The notes below the pieces were generated by a model that was not told the DNA's origin, ran no database searches, and worked only from the letters and a program-made list of their open reading frames with translations. The position numbers were made by a program, and so were the translations under genes. Positions 26,358-44,679 of a stretch of 64,000 bases of DNA are shown piece by piece (positions within the stretch are counted from its first letter, which is position 1; each line of letters starts with the position of its first letter). This DNA comes from Octopus sinensis (taxonomy: Eukaryota). Where the stretch lies: NCBI RefSeq assembly GCF_006345805.1, contig NC_043013.1:48422001-48486000 (forward strand), read 5' to 3'.

Positions 26358-26586
26358 CTACCAACACAATGTCACTAACAAAAGTTTCTGGTTGCTTAGA
26401 AATACCAAAAATCTCAATTTTTAAAGGTTCATAAATGTTTTATTATTAATTTCTAAAAAGAAATTACTGTAAAACTACAGTTGTGTGGAATTTCTCAAAA
26501 AATATCTGCTCATATAACATAAACTATTGCAAAAAGAGAAAAAAAGCTTGATAAAATGAATAATAAAAAAAATTTTTTTAATTGCT

Positions 26587-26800
26587 ATTTACTTCTTTCA
26601 GTCATTTGACTGTGACCATGCTGAAGCACTGGCTTTAGTCGAGCAAATCGAGCCCAGGACTTATTTTTCGTAAGCCTAGTACTAATTCTATCAGTCTCTT
26701 TTGCCGAACCACTAAGTTACGGGGACGCAAACACACCAGCATCAGTTGTCAAGCGATGTTGTGGGGACAACACAGACGCACAAACAAATACAACACGTAC
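26587..26800 (-). mobile_element. SINE A, 3' half (split copy)
   Basis: Ends at the internal (TA)n tract, directly followed by the Penelope-like element. Confidence 0.85.
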
Positions 26801-26823
26801 ATATATATATATACATATATATA

Positions 26824-26873
<50 letters not shown>

Positions 26874-26880
26874 ATATATA

Positions 26881-29360
26881 TATAGACCACCACATCATGA
26901 AAAAGATCAACACCTGATTTCAACACACCACAACTCACTTACGGATAATGAAAAAGACTACATCACCAATTTTGAACCAAAACCCAGCAACTTCTACGGC
27001 TTACCAAAATACACAAATCAAAAAACATTCAACAGGCAGTAAAAGAACAAGAAAGTGAGTACATAAAATTATTACATCCAAAAGACCTAAAACTTAGACC
27101 TATTATAGCTGGTCCAGCATGCCCTACACACCGTCTAAGCAATTTTATTGACATTGTTTTGAAACCACTATGTACTTACATACCAAGTTTCATCAGGGAT
27201 GACATCGACTTCCTGTCCCATCTTCCCAAAACAACAGAAACAAATTCAGTTTTACTAAGTTTTGATGTGGTAAGCCTCTACACCAATATTCCACACGATT
27301 TAGGAATAAAGGCGATTAAATACTGGTTAGAAAAACATAGAGAAGTGATTCCCAGCAGATTCACAGTGCCATTTATATTAGACACAGTCAAGCTTATTCT
27401 AGAAAATAACACATTCTTCTTCAATGGAAAGAATTACATCCAAATTAGAGGCACGGCGATGGGAACGAGGTTTGCTCCCGTTTACGCCAACTCTGTAATG
27501 GGATACTTAGAAGAACAACTCTACCAAGAGGTGGAGGTAAACTATGGCACTGGGTTTAGAAAGTATATTGAAAAGGCATGGAAGAGATACCTAGACGACT
27601 GTTTCATAATCTGGACAGAATCTCTAAATACTCTGGAAGAGTTCAATATCCTCCTGAACAACCTACACCCATCTCTCCAATTTACAAAGGAGATGAGTAG
27701 TACCAAATTACCATTCCTGGATATAATGGTAATTAAAAAAGACACCACCATCACCACAGATATATACTATAACACACAGACACACATCAATACCTAAATT
27801 TTAAGTCGTGCCATCCACCACATACAAAACGTAACATCCCATACTGCCTAGCCAGAAGAATTTGTACTATTGTAGAAGATGCAAATATCAGGAACAAACG
27901 CCTAATAGAACTAAGAGAATTTTTGCTCAAACAAAAATACCCATCTCTACTTATAGAAAATGGCATACAGCGGGCTATAAAAATACCTATACAACAACTT
28001 AGGACAACCCAAGGAAGAGGAAAACAAGAACAAGTCATACCATTCATAGTGACACACACCCATGTCACCAGAATATCTTCAACATTGCCAAAGCAAACCT
28101 ACCAATCATTGCCCAAAGTAATGAATTAAAAGACATAATCACGGATCGAGCTATGGTGCTTAGTAAAAGACAGCCTAAAAACTTGAAAACATTACTAACA
28201 AAGGCAAAATTTGACCTCAGCAACAAAGACCAAACATTCACGGTATCTAAATGCAATGATAGCCGATGTGGCACATGCCAATTCATACATACCGGTCAAT
28301 ATATAAACACAAAAACCGGGAAAATATTCACAAACGCGAATATGAACTGCAAAAGCAGAAATTTAATTTACTGCATCAAATGCCCAAATTGTGAAGAAAT
28401 ATATGTAGGTCAGACGGGAAACGCACTATTAGAACGCTCACGTGTACACCGGCAACAGATTAGAGACCCAGAGGTCCGTCAGATACCTTTGAGTAACCAC
28501 CTAGCAACATGTGGTCGGAAAATATATATAATATTTCCATTCTACAAATTACACAGCCCAAGTGAAATCGAGAGGAAAATCAGAGAAAAGAATTTTATTG
28601 ATAAATTCGAACCCAAGCTAAATAAGCATAATAATAATAATAATACTTAGAGGTATTACTTCCACTGCTACGACCATGACCACTAACAACAACAACAATA
28701 CTAAAGGTGATCAAGACGAAGATAGCAGGAAAATTATCTTATTTAGGGTTAAAAGTTCTATTGCCACCACCATCACCACTAGCAACAATAATAAGGTGCT
28801 GACAATGATGATGATGACAATTGAAATATAAAAATATAAAAATCTCTGACAAAGGATATTTACAACATTTCTAAAAATAACCCAACAATTGCTGCTTCGG
28901 CCGGCCAGGTCAAGATACAGGACTCTTGACATGTCCAACAAAGCGTGATGCCTAAACCAATCAGCTCAACCAACCAATCAGCTTAAGTAATTGAGTGATA
29001 CTACACACTGATTGGTCAGAATACAGTTTGCAAAACCTAGCACTCTGGAGCCTACCCAGCTGTATTTATAGCACAGAATCAATCATCTTGCTACAGTCAA
29101 AAATTGTGAAGCATGACTGTCAACACTACTACATGAACCCGAAGATTGCAGAATTCAATGCATGAAAGTACTAGTTCAATCAGAATGAATATTTAACATT
29201 CTACTATTTCATTTTATTTTATTCAATTATAATATATTATCTTATAATATATCATTATAAGATTGTAAATAAAACGTGAAAATCAGACAAGGTTGGAATT
29301 CTTTTTATTAATATATTCTTCTATACACAATCACACACACCCATATATATATATTCTATA
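26881..29360 (+). mobile_element. 5'-truncated upstream copy of the same Penelope-like element (pseudo-LTR)
   Basis: Near-identical to about 31146-33628 (RT core, GIY-YIG, 3' UTR), head-to-tail with the full unit, and begins directly after (TA)n. Confidence 0.95.
28950..29075 (+). promoter_or_regulatory. Candidate pseudo-LTR promoter (3 CCAAT boxes + TATA)
   Basis: CCAATCAG at 28957 and 28974, inverted CTGATTGG at 29008, TATTTATA at 29063-29070; about 310 bp upstream of the element ATG. Confidence 0.5.
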
Positions 29361-33799
<4,439 letters not shown>

Positions 33800-33800
33800 A

Positions 33801-36392
33801 GGTTTCTTAGAAGACAACTGGAGGTTTCTAAGGGACAACCTGCTGAGAGCCACTGACCAGATCTGTGGATGGTGCAAAGTCCCCTCTCGACCCAAAATAA
33901 TGTGGTGGTGGAACAATGTTGTAGACAGGGCTATTAGAGAAAAGAGACAGGCTTGGAAGACTGGAAGAATGGTGGTAGCAGGGAATCATATCAGACTGCC
34001 AAAAGAGAAGCTAGGAGACGGGTTTATTTAGCCAGAGGGGAAGCAGATAAGAAAAAATTTGCCAATGTTCTGCGCCGTGAGGACCAAAGACTTGAGGTAT
34101 TTCGTGTTGCAAGACAGTGTGTGAGACAGAATCATGATGTTGTAGGAGAGAAATGTGTCCGCATGGATGATGGTTCTCTTGCACTTAATGAGGCTGCAAA
34201 GAGAGTGGTTTGGAGACGCCACTATGAAAGGTTGCTGAACAAAGAAAATGAATGGCAGAAAGAGAGTCTGCCGATTGTCGACCCAACAGAGGGACCAGAG
34301 TTGACAGTACCTTCGTAGTTAAAGCAATTAAGAGTATGAAGGCAGGGAAAGCCCCGGCCCATCAGGAATCACTGCAGAGATGCTCAAAATATCTGGCAGT
34401 GTCGGCTATAGCCTAGTCACCCGTATAGTTAACCAGGTGATACACGAAGGAGTCATACATACCCAATGACTGGTGTAGCAGCATAATAGTCAACTGCTAC
34501 AAAGGTAAAGGTGACGCTCTAAATACAAATAATTACAGAGGTATCAAGTTGTATCAAGTAATGAAGGTCACAGAGAGGGTCATAGCCCAACTAATTAGAG
34601 AGAGAGTTAGTTTAGATGAGATGCAGTTTGGGTTCGTGCCAGGGAAAAGTACCACTGATACTATATTCCTGGTAAGACAGCTGCAGGAGAAATACCTAGC
34701 CAAAGATAAGCCCCTGTACCTGGCTTTCGTTGACATGGAGAAAGCCTTCGACAGGGTCCCCCGATCCCTTATCTGGTGGTCAATGAGGAGACTAGGGATA
34801 GATGAATGGTTAGTGAGAGCTGTGCAAGCCATGTACAGGGACGCTGTTAGTAAGGTGAGGGTTGGCAACGAGTACAGTGAAGAATTCCAGGTAGAGGTAG
34901 GGGTCCACCAAGGTTCAGTCCTCAGCCCCCTCCTATTATCATAGTCCTCCAGGCAATAATGGAGGAATTCAAGACAGGATACCCCTGGGAGCTCCTCTAT
35001 GCTGATGACCTTGCTCTAATTGCTGAGTCACTCAGAACTGGAGGAGAAGTTTCAGGTATGGAAGCAAAGATTAGAATCGAAGGGCCTTAGAGTCAACCTA
35101 GCTAAAACCAAAGTCCTAATGAGTAGGAAGGTAGACAAATCACAAACGCCTTCAGGTAGATGGCCCTGCTCGATCTGTATAAAAGGCGTAGGAAGAAACT
35201 CTATAAGATGCACCAAGTGTAAGCTATAGACACATAAGAGGTGCAGCAATGTCAAAGGAAGGCTAACTAGGAAGATAGTTTTTGGCTGTGGCAGATGCTC
35301 AGGAGCAATAAACACTGAAAATGTGACCAACTTCCACCACATTCCAGGAAGAAAAACTAGAAATAGTTGATAGCTTCCGTTACCTAGGTGACCAAGTCAG
35401 TAGCGGGGGCGGGTGTGCTGAAAGTGTAACTGCTAGAGTAAGAATAGCCGGGGCAAAGTTCAGAGAGCTCTTACCTCTGCTGGTGACAAAAGGCCTCTCG
35501 CTCAGAGTAAAAGGTAGACTATGACACATGTGTATGAACAGCCATGCTACATGGCAGTGAAACATGGGCCGTGACTGCTGAGGATATGCATAAGCTCGTA
35601 AGAAATGAAGCCAGTATGCTCCGATGGATGTGTAATGTCAGTGTTCATACTCAACAGAGTGTAAGTACTTTGAGAGAAAAGTTGGACCTAAGAAGCATCA
35701 GTTGTGGTGTGCAAGAGAGACATTTGCACTGGTATGGTCATGTGGCGAGAATGGATTAAGATAGTTGTGTGAAAAAGTGCTACGTCCTAGCGGTTGAGGG
35801 GACCTGTGGAAGAGGTAGACCCAGGAAAACCTGGGATGAGGTGGTGAAGCACGACCTTCGAACTTTAGGTCTCACCGAGAAAATGACTAGCGACCGAGAC
35901 CTTTGGAAGTATGCTGTGTGTGAGAAGACCTGGCAGGACAAGTGAGACCATAACCCGTGGCCTCTACCTGGGATGTAGCCAGTCCACTTATGCATACCTT
36001 TCCTTCTTGGGACACAAAACTCTTCTTGTGAAGACCTGTTGAGGCAAGTGGAAATCGAAATCGATCAACATCAATGGAAATTGTAGCTGTGATACCAGTG
36101 CCGGTGGCACGTAAGATAACCATCCGAACGTGGCCGTTGCCAGCGCTGCCCTGACTGGCCTCCATGCCGGTGGCACGTAAAAAGCACCATTCGATCGTAG
36201 CCGTTTGCCAGCCTCGTCTGGCACGTAAAAAGCACCCACTACACTCACGGAGTGGTTGGCGTTAGGAAGGGCATCCAGCCATAGAAACACTGCCAGATCA
36301 GACTGGGCCTGGTACAGCCTTCTGGCTTCCCAGGCCCCAGTTGAACCGTCCAACCAACGCTAGCATGAAAAGCGGACGTTAAACAATGATGA
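33801..36392 (+). mobile_element. RTE-clade LINE, 5'-truncated and disrupted
   Basis: ORF2 fragments with KAPGPSG, QFGFVPGKSTTD, FVDMEKAFDRVP, GVHQGSVLSPLL and YADD (34998-35009); PHD-like Cys cluster; 3' UTR with tandem units and a ggacgttaa(atg)n tail. Confidence 0.93.
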
Positions 36393-36399
36393 TATATAT

Positions 36400-36568
36400 A
36401 TATACGACGGGCTTCTTTCAGTTTCCATCTACCAAATCCACTCACAAGGCTTTGGTCAGACCGAGGCTATAGTAGAAGACACTTGCCCAAGGTGCCACAC
36501 AGTGGGACTGAACCCAGAACCATGTGGTTGGTAAGCAAGCTACTTACCACACACCTACTCCTACGCCT
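36400..36568 (-). mobile_element. SINE A, 5' half (split copy)
   Basis: Starts tatatacgacgggcttctttc right after the RTE tail; same orientation as 26587-26800. Confidence 0.85.
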
Positions 36569-37271
36569 AATTATTTTGGGTTGAATACCTCAAATATGAT
36601 CATAATTATATGTTCTTCATGCAGAAGTTACAGTTTGGAAATTTCCCAGTTTCATTATTTCAGTTTTTCTAATTGGTAAATGTTCTTCGTACAAGTATCT
36701 ACTTCTATTAATCATTCTAAGATCTTGGGGTAGCCGTAGTTAAGCTGTTTTACTGAGGTCAGCCAATCAAAGATTGCTCTCTCTCACTTTGTGGTTTGCA
36801 TATTGCCATTAAAATTAATTTTGATTTATTGAAATATTCCTGAATTCTCTTTCTTGTTCCTTCTAACAACAAATTTTCATTAACACTAATCACTTTTTCT
36901 CAGTAGGTTTATATTCAAATATATTTAATCCATTTTGTGAAGGATTTCAATTTGTAGACTGTCCGTGTCTGAATCAGTGGTTATCAACTGGGGTCCACAC
37001 ACGCAAAATAAATTGGGCCCACAGCAGGAATGTTATGGGTCCATGCAATTCAGTTCAGAAAATTTTACACATCTATTACTGAATTTTTGCATGAGGTGTC
37101 ATGAAGTATACAACTTACTGATGGAATTGAGATATAATCACAAAATATGTCTTTCCCATGTCAGGGAATGTTTTGTATCCTACCAAATCTCATAGGATTG
37201 CACATTGAGATGAATCAATGTTAATAGCACCCTAATGTGTTGTCTCTGATAAAGAGCTTCATTATTTGTAT

Positions 37272-37654
37272 TACTCTCTCTTACTTGTTTCAGTCAGTTG
37301 ACTGTGGCCATGCTGGAGCACCGCCTTTAGTCAAGCAAATCAACTCCCGGACTTATTCTTTGTAAGCCCAGTACTTATTCTATCGGTCTCTTTTGCCGAA
37401 CCACTAAGTGAAGGGGACGTAAATACACCAGCATCGGTTGTCAAGCAATGCTAGAGGGACAAACACAGACACACATACATATATACGACAGGCTTCTTTC
37501 AGTTTCCGTCTACCAAATCCACTCACAAGGCTTTGGTCGGCCCGAGGCTATAGCAGAAGACACTTGCCCAAGATTCCACGCAGTGGGACTGAACCCGGAA
37601 CCATGTGGTTGGTTAAGCAAGCTACTTACCACACAGCCATTCCTGCGCCTGTAT
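37272..37654 (-). mobile_element. SINE family A
   Basis: Full-length match. Confidence 0.87.
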
Positions 37655-37859
37655 GTTTCAGTTTTACAAAAACTTCCAAGTCATTGTTGAAATGAAATCA
37701 GAGCCACCATCATATGACAGTTCTGGGATGCCAAATGTGACAAAAGTATAATGTTGGCTGGCAAGGAGTTCATATGTACCATCAGAAGATTTTCCAACAA
37801 ATGGCCAAGTTCTCATAAAGATGAAATAGTCTATACAGATACATTGAAAAGGACAAGTT

Positions 37860-38163
37860 AAGCACAGCTCCCATGACTTTCGGAAACATTTTTTCACGCT
37901 AAGAGTTGCTGAAGCATGGAACAAACTGCCGGCATCAGTTGTTAGTTGTTGGAGCACTGCATCCTTCAAAACTTCCATGCTTCCTGGGATTCGCCTGATT
38001 TTCTCCCCTCTATACACACACAAGCATGTATCTGACTCATACACTGTTCACTTTCCAGACATTTGTACATTACTGCATATACTTTATACACACTTTCTGA
38101 CAAGTTGTGGTGCACCTGAGCACTGTATACAATAATTTCATTATTATTATTATTATTATTATT
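37860..38163 (+). mobile_element. CR1-type LINE 3' end
   Basis: HSSHDFRKHFFTLRVAEAWNKLP; 3' UTR and (att)n tail. Confidence 0.85.
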
Positions 38164-38391
38164 TGTGATGTAAGGAGTACAAATAGTTGTGGTTACATTG
38201 GCTGAGAAGATTGTTTATGGTTAACATGATTCCAGGCTTACAAAATTGGTAAACTTATTCTCAATTCCACAGAAGATACAGCTGTGCGAGTAGAATGTAG
38301 AAAAAAAGTATTGCTTACCTTAAGTACTACTATGCGACCCAAGTAGACATCGCAATGAAAAGATCTGTGCAAAATTGGTGGTATTTATAAA

Positions 38392-38889
38392 TCAAAATCA
38401 ATTCGATGACTGGCATCCATGCTAGCGGGGTGCAAAGAGTACCATACAAGTGTGATCGTTGACAGAGCGGCTATTCGAGTATGATCGTTACCAGCGTCGC
38501 CTTACTGGCACTCATGCCTGTGCTAGTAGGGTGCCAAGAACATCATCCGAGCGTGATCATTGCCAGAGCAGCCAACTGGCTTCCCTACCCGTGGCATGTA
38601 AAAGGGCACTATTTGAGTGTGATCGTTACCAACGTCGCTTCACTGGCATGTGTAAAAAGATTCGAGCGAGGTCATTGCCAGTACCGCCTGACTGGACCCC
38701 GTGCCGGTGGCACGTAAAAAGCACCTACTACACTCTCGGAGTAGTTGGCGTTAGGAAGGGCATCCAGCTGTAGAAACTCTGCCAGATCAAGATTGCAGCC
38801 ATCAGGCTTGCCAGCCCTCAGTCAAAATCGTCCAACCCATGCTAGCATGGAAAGCGGATGTTAAACAATGATGATGATGATGATGATGC
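38392..38889 (+). mobile_element. RTE 3' UTR/tail fragment
   Basis: Same subfamily as 25928-26357 and 7322-7858; (gat)n tail. Confidence 0.85.
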
Positions 38890-39120
38890 AGAGATAAAAA
38901 AAATATGTCCATCAATGGGGTCAGTTTTGAAGGAGAATCTGTTGAATGACTAAAGACTTTGCTAGCTGCTTGATTTTTGACTTGAGATAGAGGACTTATT
39001 CAAAATCTAAATTGAACTATTTTTTCCTTCAGGTTTCTGAGACCTGATCTCTTCAGTAGCTGTTTGTGACCCACTTCCACAATCAGTTTGCCACACACAG
39101 AATATTGCACATAGTCTGTT

Positions 39121-39424
39121 GTGGAGGCACATGGCCTAGTGGTTAGAGCAGCAGACTCGCGGTCGAGGGATCGTGGGTTCGAATCTCAGACCGGGCAATA
39201 TGTGTGTTTATGAGCGAAACACCTAAGCTCCACACGGCTCCGGCAGAAGGTAATGGCGAACCTCTGCTGACTCTTTCGTCACAATTTTCCCCTCACTCTT
39301 TCCTCCTGCATCTTGCAGCTCACCTGCGATGGACCAGCGTCCTGTCCAGGTGGGGAACCTATATGCCAAGAAACCGGGAAACCGGACCTTATGAGCCAGG
39401 CATGGCACAAGAAGGAACAAAAAG
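39121..39424 (+). mobile_element. tRNA-derived SINE, family B
   Basis: 12-bp TSD catagtctgttg. Confidence 0.9.
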
Positions 39425-40017
39425 CATAGTCTGTTGAGAGCATTTTCAGCAGCCTAACACCTTTACCTTCAGCTGGAGCAAAATGTGATTCGGTTGAATA
39501 TATAAAATGACTTCCTACCTGTATGGTTTTTCCAGTAGAATAATTTTGTATTTTGGCAGTCGTAGAGTTTTTGCATAGTGGAAAATCTATTCCTGCTTTT
39601 GATCAACCTGTAGCTAAACAATTATGTTGAATCTTAAGAAGGCAACGCCAAGCGACTGAGACTTTTGATAATTTGCTGTGCTTCAGAAGACATGTCAAGC
39701 TATGTGAAATTGTAGTCATGGCCAGAGAGACATGTAAAAGCCACCTAAGCCATGGTGATATGTTAAAGGCACCCATGCCAGTGACATGTACAAGGCTGAG
39801 GAGTGGTTGGCATTAGGAAGGATATCCAACCATAGAAACCAAGCCAAAATAGACTGGAGTCTGGTGCTGCTCTCCAGCCCCAGTGAAACCATCTAATCCA
39901 TGCCAGTATAGAAAATGGATGTTAAATGATGATGATGATGAGCTATAATCTCCTGACTTTACCTGGATACAAATTACTCAGGTATAAATCATAAAATTGT
40001 TCTCTAACTAGTTATAA

Positions 40018-40431
40018 TACTAAGTTAAGTTAAGTTAAGTTAATTTTTTGGCTCAAAAAGCAAAAAGCAAGGCCATGTAGAGGGACATGGAGTTATGTAC
40101 AGGGAGGGTGTTCATGCAAAGAGTTCAGGCCATTTCTAGTCAAGAGAGACTTTGAACCGAGCGGTCGTCAGCATCTTCACTATCTCGTCCGGCAGCTTAT
40201 TCCACGGATCCGCAACCCGGACTGAGAAAGCCCCTCTCCTTCGATTGAGATGAAATCGTCGCAGATAGAGCTTTTCGGAGTGACCCCGCAGCCGTCGCTC
40301 TGGAGCAGGAGTGAAGAACAGCTCTTTCGAGAGGCTACACTTTCCGCTTATGATGTTGTGAGCAAGAATGAGATCACCACGGCGGCGGCGTTTTTCTAGA
40401 GAATAAAGGTCGAGCATCTACAGCCTTTCTT
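40018..40431 (-). mobile_element. CR1-like LINE 3' end of a distinct family with (AACTT)n tail
   Basis: LYSLEKRRRRGDLI...RGHSEKLY...FSVRVADPWNKLP; CpG-rich; imperfect ctag(a)ttataa flanks. Confidence 0.85.
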
Positions 40432-41748
40432 CTAGATTATAAAAAGCCTGTTTACACAATATAAGGATGCAAACGTCACAATCAAACGGAATTTATACTG
40501 GAGCTGTCAGACTTAATAAATATTATGAATAACATTTATTATCAACAATTTGAAAAGCACAACACACATTTTAAGTGATTACAAAAACATAAATTTAAAA
40601 AAACACAACAGAATAGGATGATATCAAACTTTATTAAACTTTTTAAGTAGATATGCAGATATTTTATTAATACCTGTAAGATAACTACTTGTAGCAGCCA
40701 ATCTTCAAATATTCCATCTCAATAAGAGTCTTGAGTCAGTATTATCAAATTGCTTTCACATAGCAAAAAAAAGAATTTTAATATTAAGAAGTAAACACCA
40801 AGGGTTAAGTTTGGTGGATCAACATGATGATATAAAAGTCTGCAGTAAATTTAACACAAGTGTTTGCCATATTAGGTCAATGATGCACTTAACAAGAGCA
40901 ACCAGGAAATAATGGCACCGTCAGATACAGACGCATTCAAGGAAAATGAATTCCTTGATTGGCAAGGTAAACAGGGAAATATAAAATGAAAACGAATATA
41001 AGATGACCCAGTGCAAAAGGAAACATCTTTGCTGAACTATCAAGAAATTCACAGCTACACTGAGATTAGAGGTTAAAATTTGTACTCATAAACATAAAAA
41101 CCCAAATTTTGGAGGCTAAACACCTTTGTGCAACAGATTCATAGCATTTTCTTCAGAGGAAAAAGGTGAATGTGTGAACAGAGGTACTGTTTGTAACAAT
41201 ATATGTATATCCATATATTAACTTGAGATAAGAAGGCATACAACTGTAGAATACCAAATAATTGTCTCTTGTGAGACCACTGTCTATGCTATAATGTTGT
41301 ATATAAGTGTATAGTTGCTATCACACATAATTCCACCAGAATATACATAGAAGTAACAGCAATTGACTTTAAGTGCCAGTATCTTGCACACATTAGCTCT
41401 TTTTCAAATATCAAGTAAAAATCTACTCTGCTGGCCACTTACACCCCTCACTCCAAAGCCAAAAATATAACATTTGGTATCTCCAGGTCCTTCATGAAGA
41501 CTTGAATACCATACCAAGGAAGCCAACTAGCAAGTAATCTACACAGCCAAGAATCCCTAGAAATATTTTGTCAGAATGATGGCAAATTCGGTGATGTAAT
41601 TACATTCTGTTATCGTTAATTTTACAAGTCTTTTTCCTATTACCACATGCTATGCTCAAACCAATTTAAATAATTCCTTGTGTTTATCTTTTCATCCTGC
41701 ATCATTCCTTGCACTTTTTTCCTAATACTTATTCTCTCCTTATCATCA

Positions 41749-42078
41749 GTTATCATCATCATCATTTAACGTCCGTTCTCCATGCTAGCATGGGTTGGAC
41801 GGTTCGACCGGGGATCTGGGAAGCCAGAAGGCTGCACCAGGCTCCAGTCTGATCTGGCAGTGTTTCTACAGCTGGATGCCCTTCCTAACGCCAACCACTC
41901 CGTGAGTGTAGTGGGTGCTTTTTACGTGCCACCGGCACAGGTGCCAGGGGAGGCTGGCAATGGTCACGATCGGATTGGTGCTTTTTACGTGCCACTGGCA
42001 CGGAAGCCAGTCAAGGCGGTGCTGGCATCGGCCACGTTCGGATGGTGCTTTTTACATGCCACCGGCACGGAAGCCAGT
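41749..42078 (-). mobile_element. RTE 3' UTR/tail fragment
   Basis: Reverse complement of the tail of 33801-36392. Confidence 0.82.
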
Positions 42079-42469
42079 CTATATTCTTGACAAAATACCT
42101 TTAAGATTCCTTTCTTTCAAAATTATATATTATATTTGAGCTTTGTCTTCAGAACTGAATGACCTTGTTTATTTCAACCCACCCCCCTTTTCCCCTTTCT
42201 CTTCCCCACCTCCATTAATGCCCCATCTAACTAGTAGCTTGCTGTCACGTTTCCTTCTCATATTGCTCCTCCCTTTACGGGATCTCTATGCTTGGTGCAA
42301 ACCCTACATTTCATACTGTTTATCTCTACACTACGACAGGGTTTATTTATATTTTTATTCTCCTCCACTCCCCACACCGATTTTGGTATGATTAATGTAT
42401 TTCCCTTGATCAATTCACTTCACCCAAATTTCCCGTTACTTTTGGTTGTAGAAAGTGAACAACTTACAC

Positions 42470-42703
42470 CAGCGGTTCTCAACCATTTTTTGCCTATGGA
42501 CCCATGTGATCCCTACTTTATTCTAATGGACCCCCCATAGCCAGTCAATGTTCAAATAAAATCCTACTGTATTTTTATAATTAAATATTATTAAGAATTG
42601 TATTTAAAAAAATGAAAATATTTTGTGTATTGTAATTGTAGAAGTAATTTTTTGTAAATAAATTTTAGCAAAATCTTATATGGACCCCAACTGAAAACCA
42701 CTG
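42470..42703. mobile_element. hAT-like MITE
   Basis: cagcggttctcaa...tgaaaaccactg termini; no clear TSD. Confidence 0.65.
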
Positions 42704-43246
42704 GTCCCTTTTCCTTTCCTCCCTTAACTTTCCCCTTGTCTCCTCACTCTTTCCCCCCCCCACCTGGGTCACTTACCCCCTCTTCTATGCTCATACCCAC
42801 CTCCCTTCACCTTACATACCTTCCCCTCTTCTCTGTGTGTATTCATGTCCATTCCTTACCTGCAACTACCATAGTCAATCTTTTTAACTAATTTATTGAT
42901 GCATATAAATTGTTATAAACACCACCTCTGTTCACAGCATTTGCCCTTCATTTTCTGAATGTAATGCTGTGAATTTGTTGCACAGAAATACTCAGCCACC
43001 AAAACTTGTGCGAGTTGATACTATCTTTGTTTTTATGCTTATGTCTCACAGTATTGCACCTACTTGCATAATATGCATTGTTACATCAACCATTCATGGA
43101 TCATGTGAAATGGCTTTAAAAACACAACCGACTTCCATCATATAAATTATATATGGAATTATTCATATAAATACATTACTCTTCTATACACACATCATTC
43201 TTCTATACACACACATACATATATATGCATAATATATACCATCCAT

Positions 43247-43286
<40 letters not shown>

Positions 43287-43352
43287 TATATGGTGCTATT
43301 AAGTTAGACATGGCCTGGGCCAATAATGGCCGAAACCTATCAAAGTAACAAA

Positions 43353-43393
<41 letters not shown>

Positions 43394-43395
<2 letters not shown>

Positions 43396-43775
43396 CTAGC
43401 AGTATCGCCCGGCGTTGCTCAGGTTTGTAAGGGAAATAACTATAAAGCATTTTTAGAGAGTTATAGCCAAAAAATAGCCAAAAAATGGAAAAAAAATGAT
43501 GGTAAATTTTTTTTTGAGAGTAATAAAAGGTTGAGTTGCGTCCCCTAGACAGTCTGTGGTTTGTTTTTTTTATTCTCGACCCCATGTCGAATTTATCGAT
43601 TTTTTCAGAACTGGGGGAACTTTTCAAAATTTTCGCTGCGTTAGTTTTGAATTATGACATTGGGCTATGTGTGTGTCAAGTTTCATCAGAATCGGTTGAA
43701 AGCCGTGGTCAGGGTGAGGGTACGAGAAAACAGACACACAGAAACACGCACAGACAAACTGCCGTTTATATAGAG

Positions 43776-43790
<15 letters not shown>
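43394..43790 (+). mobile_element. Non-autonomous Helitron-like (Lep1/HINE-type) element
   Basis: 5' tactagcagtatcgcccggcgttgc; aagtttcatcagaatcggttg; (acag/acac)n; 3' tatatag; sits in (TA)n. Confidence 0.7.
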
Positions 43791-43806
<16 letters not shown>

Positions 43807-43814
43807 AATTGTTA

Positions 43815-43990
43815 TATTGTTATATTTCAGAATGGTCATTTTGCCACTTTAGCCAATAAAAACACACGCATTATCTATTTGGTGTTATTTTGCTTCAGTG
43901 TTGTTTATTTTTTACATTAATCTTAATCTTATTTTGACCAGAGTTATTTTGGCTAAACTAGCAAAATGACCATTCCGAAATATAACAATA
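43815..43990. mobile_element. Small MITE with ~45-bp imperfect TIRs
   Basis: tattgttatatttcagaatggtcattttgc / gcaaaatgaccattccgaaatataacaata. Confidence 0.7.
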
Positions 43991-44288
43991 TCTGTTTCAA
44001 TACACGATTTCACATAAAAAATCTTGCACAACAAATATATAAATGTATATATATATACACACACACACACAAGTATATATGACCTTCTCCTTAACAAATT
44101 TGGTGATGTAATTATACACACACACACACACATCCATTTAGTTTGTTTTGGGCAAAAGCCTTAGAATGTGCTCTTGAAAGCTCCTATGCTTCTGGTTGTC
44201 GGCTACCACCTGCCAGTCCCATCTCCCAGTGTAATCCGATGGAACAGTTATACAAGTGGAACTCCTTTCAGCTTAGGATAAATATACT

Positions 44289-44497
44289 TTTCTGTTCGAG
44301 TGACAAGGCCCGAAATTTTGCGGGAGGGGGACCAATCAATTAGATCGACTCCAGTATGCAACTCGTACTTACTTTATCAACCCTGAAAGGATGAAAGGCA
44401 AAGGTGACCTCGGTGGAATTTGAACTCAGAACATAAAGACAACGAAAAACTGCTAAGCATTTCACCCGGTGTGCTAACGTTTTTGCCAGCTCGCCCG
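44289..44497 (-). mobile_element. SINE family C
   Basis: Matches the family head and body. Confidence 0.8.
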
Positions 44498-44679
44498 CAT
44501 TGCTTAGGATAAATATAATAACAGTAATGACTTGTGGGTGGAAATTCACAACATATGCATCACAACATATGTTTCTTTCTGCACATGAGATGCAGAAACA
44601 CACGATGAGGTGCATTAATAAAGTCTATGAATTTCCATCTATAAGTTATTGTCTTTATATATATGTATATATATATATC

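Noticed and set aside
28153-29340. Possible Naiad-type or selenoprotein PLE with SECIS
   Set aside because: The endonuclease is C-terminal and the Cys positions are TGC/TGT, with no in-frame TGA seen in the RT or endonuclease.
28650-29360. Hammerhead ribozyme expected in PLE pseudo-LTRs
   Set aside because: No CTGANGA...GAAA core found by eye on either strand; an Infernal search is needed to exclude a variant.
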